Source: an uncultured bacterium (GTDB taxonomy: Bacteria; Acidobacteriota; HRBIN11; JAKEFK01). Taken from it: DNA of 64,000 nt. The DNA is taken from NCBI GenBank assembly GCA_963777505.1, contig CAVZQN010000006.1, positions 384,001-448,000 of the forward strand, in the 5' to 3' direction. The notes under the pieces were generated by a model. That model worked only from the letters and a program-made list of their open reading frames with translations. It was not told where the DNA came from and made no database searches. Positions 37,624-47,658 of the stretch are shown here, piece after piece. The position numbers were made by a program, and so were the translations under genes. Every line of letters starts with the position of its first letter. The stretch's first letter is position 1.

Positions 37624-38658
37624 ATGTCTTATTCTCATAGAATGAATTTGAGATTTATTTTTTTATTCCTAATGGTCTTTCTGGTTTCTATCGTTGAATC
37701 CGATTCAGCCATTAACCCTTCAAAGAACTCAATCACCATAAAACAAGGTAAGTTTCTTCAAAACGGAGAGCCTATTTTCCTTCTTGGGATCAGTTACTTT
37801 GATGGACTTTCCGCACCCCAAAACGTCTTTGAATCTGATTTTAAATTCTTGAAAGAAAGAGGATTTAATGCGCTTCGCGTTTGGGCAAACTGGTATACAG
37901 AATATCAACCAAATACTCTAGGTTTAATTGAACAAGACGGAAGCATTAATGCGAACCTTCTTCAGAAACTAAAATCCTTTTTAAGAACGGCTGAGGAAAA
38001 TGGATTTATTGTGAAGCTCACATTTAGCAGGGATGCCACTGCAAAAATCGGGTTTACGAAATACAAAGACGCTATTGTGAGTGTCACATCTGAAATTCGC
38101 AGTTTTCCGAACGTCTTATTGGATTTACAAAATGAAACAGATCACTGCGGTGTCAATGAGGATCGTGATTGCGAAGGGCACTTGACGTTGAAGCAAGCTG
38201 GTGTGTTGGCAGAAGCCGTAAAAAACGCGGATCCAAATAGGCTTGTTACTGTTTCAAGAACAGGCGGAGGTTTTGTTGAAGGAAAGGATGACTATAAATC
38301 ATTTCTCAATGAAGCTAAGGTTGATTTTATAGCGACGCATCGTCCTTCGCGAACCCGAAATTCTCAGTGGGCGGAAAATACAGCGAAAGAAGTGAGTGTT
38401 GCGAGAAATCAAATCGGCGACGAAGTACCTGTACTTTTTGACGAACCGAATCGTTGCGGAAAAATTGTAGATTGTAAGGAACGTTCTGCTGCGGCACAAT
38501 TTCTAACGGCCGCTAAAAATGCAAAACAAAACGGTGCTGCCGGCTGGTTTTTTCATACGAGTGCAGGATTTCGAATTCATAGCCGTCCTTTACATGAGCG
38601 ATTAAACCCGGTCGAAAAGATTGTTGTAAACCGCTTATCCAGCACAATCCAGGAATAG
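37624..38658 (+). CDS. Secreted TIM-barrel glycoside hydrolase-like protein (GH5/clan A-like)
   Basis: Signal peptide; GFNALRVW, DLQNET (acid/base-like), LFDEP (nucleophile-like). Confidence 0.7.
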   Translation: MSYSHRMNLRFIFLFLMVFLVSIVESDSAINPSKNSITIKQGKFLQNGEPIFLLGISYFDGLSAPQNVFESDFKFLKERGFNALRVWANWYTEYQPNTLGLIEQDGSINANLLQKLKSFLRTAEENGFIVKLTFSRDATAKIGFTKYKDAIVSVTSEIRSFPNVLLDLQNETDHCGVNEDRDCEGHLTLKQAGVLAEAVKNADPNRLVTVSRTGGGFVEGKDDYKSFLNEAKVDFIATHRPSRTRNSQWAENTAKEVSVARNQIGDEVPVLFDEPNRCGKIVDCKERSAAAQFLTAAKNAKQNGAAGWFFHTSAGFRIHSRPLHERLNPVEKIVVNRLSSTIQE

Positions 38659-38666
38659 CAGCCTTC

Positions 38667-39680
38667 CTAAAACCCGACAGCGGACCTAAGTCTATCTACG
38701 GCAGATCTTTCAATTGGATTCAATTGAGAACTCAGCGAGCGGCTTGTCAAACGGAACCCAGCTTGAGTGTGGAAAAACCATCCAGCAGAGCCTGATCTTT
38801 TTGCATTTCGTGCGGCCGTAATAAAGAGATTGGATTCCGATTGCGCTGTGCAATTCATAGGACCACCACATCGATTGGGTTCATCAAACAAAATTGGTAT
38901 TGATGGGCCAACGATTGATCGGATTTCGGCCGCCTCGTTATCTGTATAATGTGCCCAGAGTCCATCTCGCGTACGAGACGGACGATGCGTGGCAATGAAA
39001 TCTACTGTCCCCTTGTTTTTAAAAGAGAGATAGTCATCTTTTCCCTGTGTAATGGGTTCTCCATTTCGTGAAGCTGTGACTAACCTGTTTGGATCCACTT
39101 CTTTGATCGCACGGCGGATTTCCGCGATTTTCGTTAAAGTCAGATGACCCTCGCAGTCTGGATCTCTGGAACTACCGCAGTGATTGGTTTCGTTTTGAAT
39201 ATCAAAAAGAACTCCCCGGTATGGCTTTAAGATTACTGCAATACTCCTGATCCCTTTCTTGTAATTTTCAACTCCTATCCCTTCAATCGCCGAACGGCTG
39301 AAAACAAGCTTCACAATAAAACCATTCGTTCTTGCAACGTTCAAAACACGCTTCAATCTGGAAACGCCATCGAGGTCTATAGTTCCATTATTTCGAATCA
39401 CGTTAATGGCTCGCGGTTGGTGTTCGTCATGCCACGTGCCCCATACGCGCAGTGCATTGAAGCCGCGTGCTTTTAGAAAACTGATATCACTTTCAAGAAT
39501 ATTGATGGGTGCTGAAAGTGCGTCAAAATAGGAAATACCAAGCAGAAAGGTGGGATTGCTTTTCACAACAAACAAGCCACTTTGGATTTTTAGATCGCGC
39601 CTGGGAGGGTGATCAGAAAACTCAGAATTTACCTCTTCCGAAAGGAAGAGGATGAAGACAAATCCCCAAAAACTCCTCAT
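38667..39680 (-). CDS. Convergent paralog of the preceding hydrolase
   Basis: Shared blocks LLGISYFD, RGFNALRVW, DCEGHLTL, VDFIATHRPSRTR, LFDEPNRCG and AGWFFHT. Confidence 0.7.
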   Translation of the reverse strand: MRSFWGFVFILFLSEEVNSEFSDHPPRRDLKIQSGLFVVKSNPTFLLGISYFDALSAPINILESDISFLKARGFNALRVWGTWHDEHQPRAINVIRNNGTIDLDGVSRLKRVLNVARTNGFIVKLVFSRSAIEGIGVENYKKGIRSIAVILKPYRGVLFDIQNETNHCGSSRDPDCEGHLTLTKIAEIRRAIKEVDPNRLVTASRNGEPITQGKDDYLSFKNKGTVDFIATHRPSRTRDGLWAHYTDNEAAEIRSIVGPSIPILFDEPNRCGGPMNCTAQSESNLFITAARNAKRSGSAGWFFHTQAGFRLTSRSLSSQLNPIERSAVDRLRSAVGF

Positions 39681-39757
39681 AGCGAAAGAATACCTCTTTC
39701 ACGTAAGACTTGCCAATTTGATTGACGGACTGAAATGTGCCGTTTACATTGGTAGCG

Positions 39758-41029
39758 ATGGACTGGAATTTCAGAAATTCATTCACTGCATTTCATCATC
39801 GTAACTTTCGTATTTTTGTGACCGGTCAATTTATTTCATTGATCGGGTTTTGGATGCAAAATGTTGGATTAAGCTGGCTTGTCTATCGTCTCACGCAATC
39901 AGCATGGTATTTAGGCGCAATTACGTTTTCTCAACAAATCCCAATCCTTCTCATTTCATTTGCTGCTGGCGGAATTATTGACCGTGCAAACCGGAGAAGA
40001 GTCATTATCGCTACTCAGAGCCTGGCATTAATTCAGGCTTCAGTGCTTGCGTACCTCACGTACAAGAGCGTGATACAGATTCCTCATTTATTTCTGCTTT
40101 CTGTTTTCATTGGAATTGTGAGCGCTTTTGATTTGCCTGCACGCCAAAGTTTCTTAGTCCAAATGGTAGGAAAGGACGATCTTGTAAATGCAATTGCAGT
40201 GAACTCATCTATGTTCAATGCCGCACGGATGATCGGCCCAGCTATTGCAGGAATTGTAATTGCGAAGTGGGGGGAATCATTTTGTTTTTTACTGAATGCA
40301 ATATCGTACCTTGCCGTTCTCGTTTCATTGGTTTTAATGAAACTCAAAAGGACTGAAGAGGGCGCTAGAAAACAAAGTCTGATTAAAGATCTGGCAGAAG
40401 GGATTCGCTATGTTCGGGAAACCCAACCCATTCGTGTTTTATTACAGACGGTTGGATTTTTTGGAATCGCAGGTTTCCCATTCATTGTTCTTCTTCCGTT
40501 ATTTGCAGATCGAATTTTTCAAAAAGGTGCTTCAGGACTGGGAATTTTGTCTGCAGGCGTTGGAATTGGAGCACTCGCAGGTGCGCTATTTCTTGCAGGA
40601 AGAAAAGGGATTCATGGAATCGGACGGATCATTTCTATTTCTACATTTGGATTTTCTCTTGCTTTAATTTCATTTGGATTCAGCAACTGGTTCTGGCTGT
40701 CATTTGTCTTGCTTAGCCTCACAGGCACTTTTATGATGACAAGCGTTGCATCAATCAATACAGCGATTCAATCGATTATTCCTGACTTCCTGCGCGGACG
40801 AGTCATGAGTTTATTTACAACTATGCTGATTGGCACCGCGCCCATCGGAAGCCTTTTTGCAGGAACAATTGCGAAATATTTTGGTGCTCGAGCTACTGTT
40901 ATTACGATGGCGATTGTATGTTTGGCCGCTGCATTTTGGTTTTATCGTTCCCTGCCGGGAATTGCCACTGAAGCGAGACGTCTTTATTTACTGCAAAATC
41001 CTCCTCCGATTGTGGAGGCGCAAAATTAA
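39758..41029 (+). CDS. MFS transporter (EntS/H+ antiporter-like)
   Basis: About 12 TM; GGIIDRANRRR motif A; FDLPARQS; LRGRVMS. Confidence 0.92.
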   Translation: MDWNFRNSFTAFHHRNFRIFVTGQFISLIGFWMQNVGLSWLVYRLTQSAWYLGAITFSQQIPILLISFAAGGIIDRANRRRVIIATQSLALIQASVLAYLTYKSVIQIPHLFLLSVFIGIVSAFDLPARQSFLVQMVGKDDLVNAIAVNSSMFNAARMIGPAIAGIVIAKWGESFCFLLNAISYLAVLVSLVLMKLKRTEEGARKQSLIKDLAEGIRYVRETQPIRVLLQTVGFFGIAGFPFIVLLPLFADRIFQKGASGLGILSAGVGIGALAGALFLAGRKGIHGIGRIISISTFGFSLALISFGFSNWFWLSFVLLSLTGTFMMTSVASINTAIQSIIPDFLRGRVMSLFTTMLIGTAPIGSLFAGTIAKYFGARATVITMAIVCLAAAFWFYRSLPGIATEARRLYLLQNPPPIVEAQN

Positions 41030-41114
41030 TGTTGACATCTATTTTTTCATGCCTAAATTGAAAAGTGGAGTTCGAGAAAGAATAAGTTGAAAAACAAATT
41101 CAATCTCAACTACT

Positions 41115-41150
41115 GAAAGGCCAACGTCGAAAGATGTTGGCCTTTCTTTA
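41115..41150. terminator. Terminator hairpin between convergent genes
   Basis: GAAAGGCCAACGTC-GAAA-GATGTTGGCCTTTC followed by TTTA. Confidence 0.75.
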
Positions 41151-42465
41151 TTATTCTTCAATGATTTGAAGTAACGCTTTTTGGGCGCGTTCATCATCAC
41201 TTTCACCCAGCCAGAAAATTGCTTGCTTCCGCATTTCTAGATCCTTATCCGACTTTGCTATCTTAATTAATTCCGAAATTCCCTGGCCATCTTCCAGTTC
41301 TGTCAGCGCAAAAAGTGCATGTTTGCGCACTTCACGGTCCGGATCTTTTGTCGCAAAGTCTTTGAGTGTTAATTCCAATTTCTCGGTGTAATTCTGACTC
41401 AGCCAGAAAATCGCATGTTTCCGGCCTTCCCGTGTTGGTTGATTGTGTGCAATGCGAATTAAAGTTTCCGTAACTCCGGGAGTCTTTTGCATTTCGGACA
41501 TTGAAAAGATTGCCTTTTCAACGATCTCGGGATCTGTTTCTTCCATGGCGATTTTTTCAAGTAAGGGAAGTGCTCCGGGTGCGTCCTCCTGTCCCGAGCC
41601 AGAAGATTGCGCCTTCACGTAATTTTCTCGAATACTTCTTTTTAGTCCATTCTTTCATTTGATTCGTTGCTTCAGGCAACGTCATTTCAATCATCCCCAC
41701 AAGACCGTCTTCAAGAACATCTTCCGAAGTTTCAGACGGAAGAGTTTCCGTTAACACCTTTAAAGCACTTGGATGATTTTGTTGCCCAAGCCAGAATGCA
41801 GCTTTTGCCCGCAAATCATCATGAGCATTGCTTTTCAAAACTCTTTCAAGAAAAGGTACGACAATCGCGGGAGTACGATGAATCCCGATACACATCAACA
41901 AATCTTCTTTGAACTTTACTCTTTTTTCTTGCTCATACATGTTCCGCAAAAAACTAAGACTTTCTTCTGAAGATGTTGCTCCCAACCAGATCAGGCTTTT
42001 TCCACGAAAATCGAATTGAGACTCAAGCATTGTTAATTCGACGCGGTCAAGAGTACCCTCGAAGCCAAACAGAATTGCAAGTTCCTTGGTGACTAATTTT
42101 CCAGGACCGGAATCCTTTTCGTCGAATCTAGCCAGCTGCTCTTTAGCAAAGACCTGAACATTGCCGTGATTGGGACGATTTTGAACAGGCTGGCTTTTTC
42201 CTGTTAAGACTTCCTGAATCGTTTGGAATTTTCGTTTATCGCTATACCACGATCCAATGAGTTCGTTTTCATACATTTCCTGTGAAATTGAATAAGCAAT
42301 CCAAACGTCCTTGTGTTGATCGCGTTGCTGAAGTCCCCATTTCCAGCGTTCCACTAAAGAAACAGATTCATCAGGATACTTTGTGGTTGTAATACTCCAC
42401 GAGATCGAGCAGAAAAAAAATAAGTTGATCAGCAGAAATGCCGTTATGGTTCGCCTGTGTGACAT
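41151..42465 (-). CDS. Secreted HEAT-repeat protein, split by a +1 frameshift near 41595
   Basis: Signal peptide; repeats R-x-x-A-I/A-F-W-L-G/S-Q in both ORFs. Confidence 0.8.
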
Positions 42466-42525
42466 TTGAATTCCTCCAAAGAACTTGATACTCGCGAGAT
42501 CCGAGCATCCGTCTCGATAATGCTA

Positions 42526-42554
42526 AGACGTGAGGAATCCAAAAGCGGTTTACA
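42526..42554 (-). promoter_or_regulatory. Candidate ECF-type promoter for the HEAT gene
   Basis: Minus strand TGTAAAC-N17-CGTCT, matching the general ECF AAC/CGT pattern. Confidence 0.4.
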
Positions 42555-42562
42555 GAGGGGAC

Positions 42563-42997
42563 CTATCTTCCTCTTGCTTGTTCGCCTCGGAGTGTAAGGC
42601 AGGTTGAAGAAGCTCGCGCAATCAGCTGTTCTTTCTCGTCAATAACTGAGCATTCGGTTAAACCGACAGTCTTGCCCTTTTTTATGACTTTACCGATTGC
42701 GCGCAAATTTGCATTCCATATAGGTTTGATGAAATTGATCTTAAGCTCCAGTGTCGTAAAAGATTCATCGTCATCGAGTAATGTTGCATATGCGATCCCC
42801 ATGGCGGCGTCAGCAATGTCGCATAGAATTCCACCGTGGAGTGTCCCCATCGGGTTCGCATGGCGTTTATCCGTTTGCAGTTCAACGGTTGCTTCTCCAG
42901 CTTTTGCCGACACCAGCTTAAAGCCGATCAGTTGGGAGACTGGTGGAGGAGGAAGTTCTCCACTGATCAACTTTTCGATCATATCCATCATCTTCAT
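42563..42997 (-). CDS. PaaI family hotdog thioesterase
   Basis: HANPMGTLHGG...D, TLELKINF. Confidence 0.92.
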   Translation of the reverse strand: MKMMDMIEKLISGELPPPPVSQLIGFKLVSAKAGEATVELQTDKRHANPMGTLHGGILCDIADAAMGIAYATLLDDDESFTTLELKINFIKPIWNANLRAIGKVIKKGKTVGLTECSVIDEKEQLIARASSTCLTLRGEQARGR

Positions 42998-42999
42998 AT

Positions 43000-44752
43000 T
43001 TATTTTTTCGCTTTTGTAGCTTGAACGTAGCGATCAATATGCTTTTCTAAAACTGACATTGGCATAGCGCCGCTTGAAAGAACAACATTATGAAATTGCC
43101 GGATGTCAAAAGCGTCTTTAAGTTCAGCGCGAGCTTTTTCACGCAGTTCAAAGATTTTATTCGCACCCATCATGTATGCGAGTGCTTGTCCCGGAACGTC
43201 TGAGGAATAACGTAAGGTTTCGGTGTGAATTTCAGAATCGGAAACGAGCAGGTTTTCTTTCATATATTCAACAGCACGCGAACGCGGCCAACCTAAAATA
43301 TTCATGCCCGTGTCAACCACAAGTCTGTTTGTTAGAAATGCTTTCATTGCAAGGCGGCCATATTTTTCATAATCATCGCTATACATTCCCATTTCACCAG
43401 CGAGTGTGGAACTGTACTCTGCCCAGCCTTCAACATAAGCAGTCGGGAAACTTTCACGGCGGAATTCATGAAGTGAGTGATTTTCTTCTTGCAAACAAAT
43501 TTGGAAATGATGACCCGGAATCAGCTCATGATAGATAAGCGATCCAGCCGCAAGAAGCGAACGCTGATCTAGTTTAGAGCCGTTGTAGTTGTAATACCCT
43601 TTAGGATCGGAAGGGATCGGAGTTTGATAGTAACCAAAAGTCATCGCTCCTTCCAATGTAGGGTCGAGACGCTTCACGCCATAGGGTGCTTTTGGGACAT
43701 TCATGAAATAGGCTGAAACTTTCGGCTCAATGCGATCAATGTATTGCATGAGCGTCGTACCGATTTCATCCGCTGTTTTTGGAAAGAATTTCGGATCGTT
43801 TTTGAGCTTATTATGAAATTCTGCTTTTGTGCCTTTGAAACCTAAAGAGTTGCGGATCTTTTCCATCTCCGAATTCAGTTGAGCCATTTGTTTTAATCCG
43901 CTTGCATGAATATCTTCAGGCGACACCATCATAGTTGTGTGATATCGCGTAAGAAAGCGGTAATACTCCTTTCCATTCGGCAATTCCGCCAATTCCGACA
44001 TTCGTTCTGGCTTTGGTGCTGTATTCGCCTGAAATGTACGAAGCGAGTTCTATAAATGCTGGATTCAGATTCGATTGCAAGACGCTATCGACGTTCCCAC
44101 GAAACTTCTTCGCATCATCAACTGATTTCAACCTGTCTTCCGAAACGGCAAGAGGGTTGGTGGCGGGCTCATTTGCATTGCTTTGAAGAAATGGAACAAC
44201 GAGTTGAATTTCTTCCTTCGGAAGAAAAATGCCTTTGTTAAATTGTTCCTGGACCTGTTTATGAAAGATCCTCACTGCGTCAGCGTATTGTTTTAATAGC
44301 TGTAAGTAACGCTCTGAATCATCCGCATCCTTAAATTCAAATTCGCGAAAAACCCTGTTGAACGTTGGAATCGGTGAAGCGTAAGGAGTAACAGGAGAAT
44401 TGAGCCAGAAGTATTTGAAGCCTTCAACGGCCGTGGAGTTTTCCCATTGCAAAATGTCGTAACTGATTCGATCTTCTTCATTCAAACCAGAGGTGTCGAT
44501 CTTTTTCAACCGGTCAAGAATCGACTGTGAAAACGCAGTTTCCTTTTTGGCGCCTTCATACGATACATCGTTGAGTTTTTCTATTGGCAACCCGAATTTC
44601 AACCGCAAATAAAGCCTTTCTTCCAATTGATGTTCCCAATAATCATCTTGAATCTCTTTTAATTCCGCTGACCCTGAAGATGTAGATTGTGAGAATCCTG
44701 AAAGAACCAAAACCAGAAGAAAGAGAGAGGCTGCAAAGAAAACTTTTTTCAT
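43000..44752 (-). CDS. DUF885 family putative metallopeptidase, split by a +1 frameshift near 43992
   Basis: Signal peptide; HELIPGHHFQ, EGWAEY, RLVVDTG, PGQALAY. Confidence 0.85.
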
Positions 44753-45966
44753 TTTTTAAACCTCGATAGGCTGAAGAGTGGTTCGGGTGATTTTTCTGTA
44801 AGCACAAGTTCTGACATTAATTCTCCGAAAGCAGGCCCCATTTTATAGCCATGTCCGGAACCGCCGCCTGCAATCCAAACATTCTCGGCGCCGGGATGAC
44901 GATCCATGATGAAATTCGAATCAGGACTATTTTCGTACTGGCAAACACGTGATTCAACAAGCGGCGCATTCTTCAATGCAGGAAACCGCCTCGTAAGAAG
45001 ATCGCGCGCAAGCGTCAGTGCAGATTCACTCGGCATGCGATTGCCATCTGTTGGATCGAAATCAGGCCCATGAGTGTCATCTGCCACTTTAAATCCACGT
45101 CTTTGATTACCTGGTATTCCGTACATCAATATTTGACCATGATCAACCCAAACAGGAAAATTAGGCTCATCAAATCTGAGGTCGCCCGCAGGTGTGCCGA
45201 AGAAAAAAACATCCTGACGAGTTGGACGGATTATTTTTCCAAGTACATCCGGAAAAATTTTTCCTAACCACGGTCCGCATGCAAAAACATATTTTGCAGC
45301 TTGAAGCTTTGTGCCATCGGATAATTCGATAGAACTAAGTCTTTTATTTTGGATTGATCCTGGCTTTACGTGAGCTTGGACATATTTCCCGCCTTCTTTG
45401 ATGAAGCCCTGTAACACTCCATCACACGCCTGGCGAGCTAAAAGATAACCAGCTTCCTGTTCAAAGAGCGCCCATTGAACACCATCGAAATTGACTTGCG
45501 GGTAGCGTTTTGCAGCTTCATCTGCGGTTAATTTTTCATACTTGAATTTTGCTTCATCAAGCAGTGGAATGGATGCAGTTTCATATTCACCTGAACCAGT
45601 AATCATCCAGAGGGCACCCGTTCGTGTGTAAAAAGATCGCTGCCATTTGGCTTCATTTTCTTTCCACAGTTGGAGCGCACGAATCGCCATCTGAGTGTAA
45701 ATTCGATTGCCGCCATACGTTGCACGGATCACTCTCGTTTCGCCGCCGGAACTTGCGCGCGCATTTCCAGGTCCCCATGCGTCCAGTAATGTGACGTGTA
45801 CTCCACGCCGCAATAAATAAAGAGCGGTCCATCCACCAAATGCTCCAGCCCCAATGACAGCAACATGAAGCTTAGGACTGACAGCCGATAATGTATCTCC
45901 CAGGACATGCATTCCTGCAAGTAGTGCAGATGATTTCAGGATGGTTCGACGCGGAATTTTTTCCAT
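44749..45966 (-). CDS. FAD-dependent amine oxidase (monomeric sarcosine oxidase/SolA family) with twin-arginine signal
   Basis: PRRTILK; VIGAGAFG; SSGGETRVIR; CQYENSPD; SGHGYKMGP. Confidence 0.88.
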   Translation of the reverse strand: MEKIPRRTILKSSALLAGMHVLGDTLSAVSPKLHVAVIGAGAFGGWTALYLLRRGVHVTLLDAWGPGNARASSGGETRVIRATYGGNRIYTQMAIRALQLWKENEAKWQRSFYTRTGALWMITGSGEYETASIPLLDEAKFKYEKLTADEAAKRYPQVNFDGVQWALFEQEAGYLLARQACDGVLQGFIKEGGKYVQAHVKPGSIQNKRLSSIELSDGTKLQAAKYVFACGPWLGKIFPDVLGKIIRPTRQDVFFFGTPAGDLRFDEPNFPVWVDHGQILMYGIPGNQRRGFKVADDTHGPDFDPTDGNRMPSESALTLARDLLTRRFPALKNAPLVESRVCQYENSPDSNFIMDRHPGAENVWIAGGGSGHGYKMGPAFGELMSELVLTEKSPEPLFSLSRFKK

Positions 45967-45999
45967 TCGCTCACCTCCCCTTCTTTTATAACACGCGAA

Positions 46000-46160
46000 G
46001 GGAATAGAGAATAGAGGATAGAAGATGGAGGATAGAAGATGTCCGGATTTATTACTTCTTAATTGGTTTAATGTTTTCCTGGCTGGGATACATCATTCTA
46101 AGAGGAAAATTCTAAGAGTGGAGCTCATCTTCTATTCTCTATCTTCTATTCTCCATCCTC
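46000..46160. repeat. Inverted arrays of GARRATR heptamers, copy 2
   Basis: Six heptamers at 46000-46041 and five inverted heptamers at 46126-46160. Confidence 0.75.
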
Positions 46161-46164
46161 TGAG

Positions 46165-47466
46165 CTATTCCGGCGGTTTGCAAGTAGCAAACAAATAGGT
46201 GGTATCCAATCGTGCATCAATTCGGAAAGGTGCAGGATGCATGCCCGTAAGGATTCGACTGACTGTAAGGCTCCCAGTCGCATTTAACATTCCAGGTTCA
46301 ACTCTGATAAATTGAAATGGACCATTTTCAACGCTGATAATTTCGGGAGTTTTGTTTTCCACTGCAATAAAGAGGGTAGATTTTAAATCGTTAGGCGCAT
46401 CAAGTTGAACAGTAAAGACTGCGTTTGCTCCGCTCGAAAGTGTTTCAACTGAGGCCCAGCTGCGAAGATCTAGATTCCTGTAACGGCACCGAACTTTCTT
46501 TTCCCGTTCTATCAGCCTGATTTCCAACAATCCTGTTAGACGCGGGTTAAATGCAATCATCTTGTTTGGCGATTCAGCCAGAATAAAACTTCCATTCTTG
46601 TTAATGCTCAACGAAGTGGTTTCTGCAATGCCATCAAATGGGCCACGAATTTCAAGATAGCGTCCCGCTTGATTGAGCGAAGGTAATTGAAATAACAAAT
46701 GAGGAATATCGATGTCAATGACAGGCTCACGCGGAGGTTGTGTGTCGATTTCTAATTCACCCGCAGTTTGTGGAGATGATTGTGTTTGTTCTGTTGAATC
46801 TTGCGTAGAAAAAGATATTCCAGTTCTTACCGCTTCGAAGCCCTCAAGCGTTCTTATGACGGCCTCAGCGGAAGGAGGTGCTGAACCAACAGAAACTTGT
46901 TGAATTGTTGCCGATATTGAAAGCTGTCGTGATGCGAACTCAGTACGATAAGTCGAAAGAGTTTTTTCATTTTCCGCACGATCGAGGTCGGTTAAACCAA
47001 ATGGCTGAACTTGAACGCTGTAAGTAAAAGGGTTCGTCTCCTTAACATCGTCAGGAAGGTAGAAGCTGAATCTTCCTTCAGGTACTGTGAGTTCAATGAT
47101 TTCTATTCCAAATTCTTTGCGACGTGCCGCACGAAAAACTCTTTGGGCAGCGAGAATTTTTGAGATCTGCAGATGTACTTTTTGGAGAATTTCCTGTTGA
47201 GGGTAGGATCGAAGCCGCTTTTGAAAACTCAGGAGAGTGAGAACAATATTGCCGGCTCGGCCTTGATGAACTTTATTCCTGAGATTTTCCAGTTCTTTTC
47301 TTGCATTTTTGAGTTTGTCTTTTGCAATACGTTCCTGTGTTTGTTTTTCAGCTTGCTCCAGGAGACGTTCAGCAACTTGTATATCTGATTCGTGTGAAGT
47401 TTGCGCGGCCGAAAAACAGCACGCTGCAAGTAGAACTGCAATTGTCGTTAATCGATATTTAACCAC
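46165..47466 (-). CDS. Secreted hypothetical protein
   Basis: 433-aa ORF with signal peptide, coiled-coil N-part and beta-rich C-part. Confidence 0.7.
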   Translation of the reverse strand: MVKYRLTTIAVLLAACCFSAAQTSHESDIQVAERLLEQAEKQTQERIAKDKLKNARKELENLRNKVHQGRAGNIVLTLLSFQKRLRSYPQQEILQKVHLQISKILAAQRVFRAARRKEFGIEIIELTVPEGRFSFYLPDDVKETNPFTYSVQVQPFGLTDLDRAENEKTLSTYRTEFASRQLSISATIQQVSVGSAPPSAEAVIRTLEGFEAVRTGISFSTQDSTEQTQSSPQTAGELEIDTQPPREPVIDIDIPHLLFQLPSLNQAGRYLEIRGPFDGIAETTSLSINKNGSFILAESPNKMIAFNPRLTGLLEIRLIEREKKVRCRYRNLDLRSWASVETLSSGANAVFTVQLDAPNDLKSTLFIAVENKTPEIISVENGPFQFIRVEPGMLNATGSLTVSRILTGMHPAPFRIDARLDTTYLFATCKPPE

Positions 47467-47471
47467 GAAGA

Positions 47472-47629
47472 ATTAGCCCCCGGCGTAAGCCGGAGGTTCC
47501 AATATCCATGTAAGAAATTAGCCCGCTGAAAGCGGGCGTAAGAGTGTTCAAGTATATAGTCTTTCGCCTGCTTCAAGTGGGCTGGATTAATTCACAATCT
47601 CGTTACCCCGGCGTAAGCCGGGGGCTAAT
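47472..47629. repeat. Nested palindromic REP/MITE-like element
   Basis: ATTAGCCCCCGGCGTAAGCCGG ... GCCCGCTGAAAGCGGGC ... CCGGCGTAAGCCGGGGGCTAAT; outer ATTAGCCCCCGGC/GCCGGGGGCTAAT inverted repeat. Confidence 0.7.
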
Positions 47630-47658
47630 CAACAAAAGTTAATAATATAAACGCAGTA

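Noticed and set aside
30813-44752. Programmed frameshifting or phase variation in the split genes
   Set aside because: No slippery heptamers or long homopolymers; uniform +1 insertions fit assembly error better.
46000-46160. Possible CRISPR array in the repeat regions
   Set aside because: Units are 7 bp and inverted, with no repeat-spacer periodicity and no cas genes.
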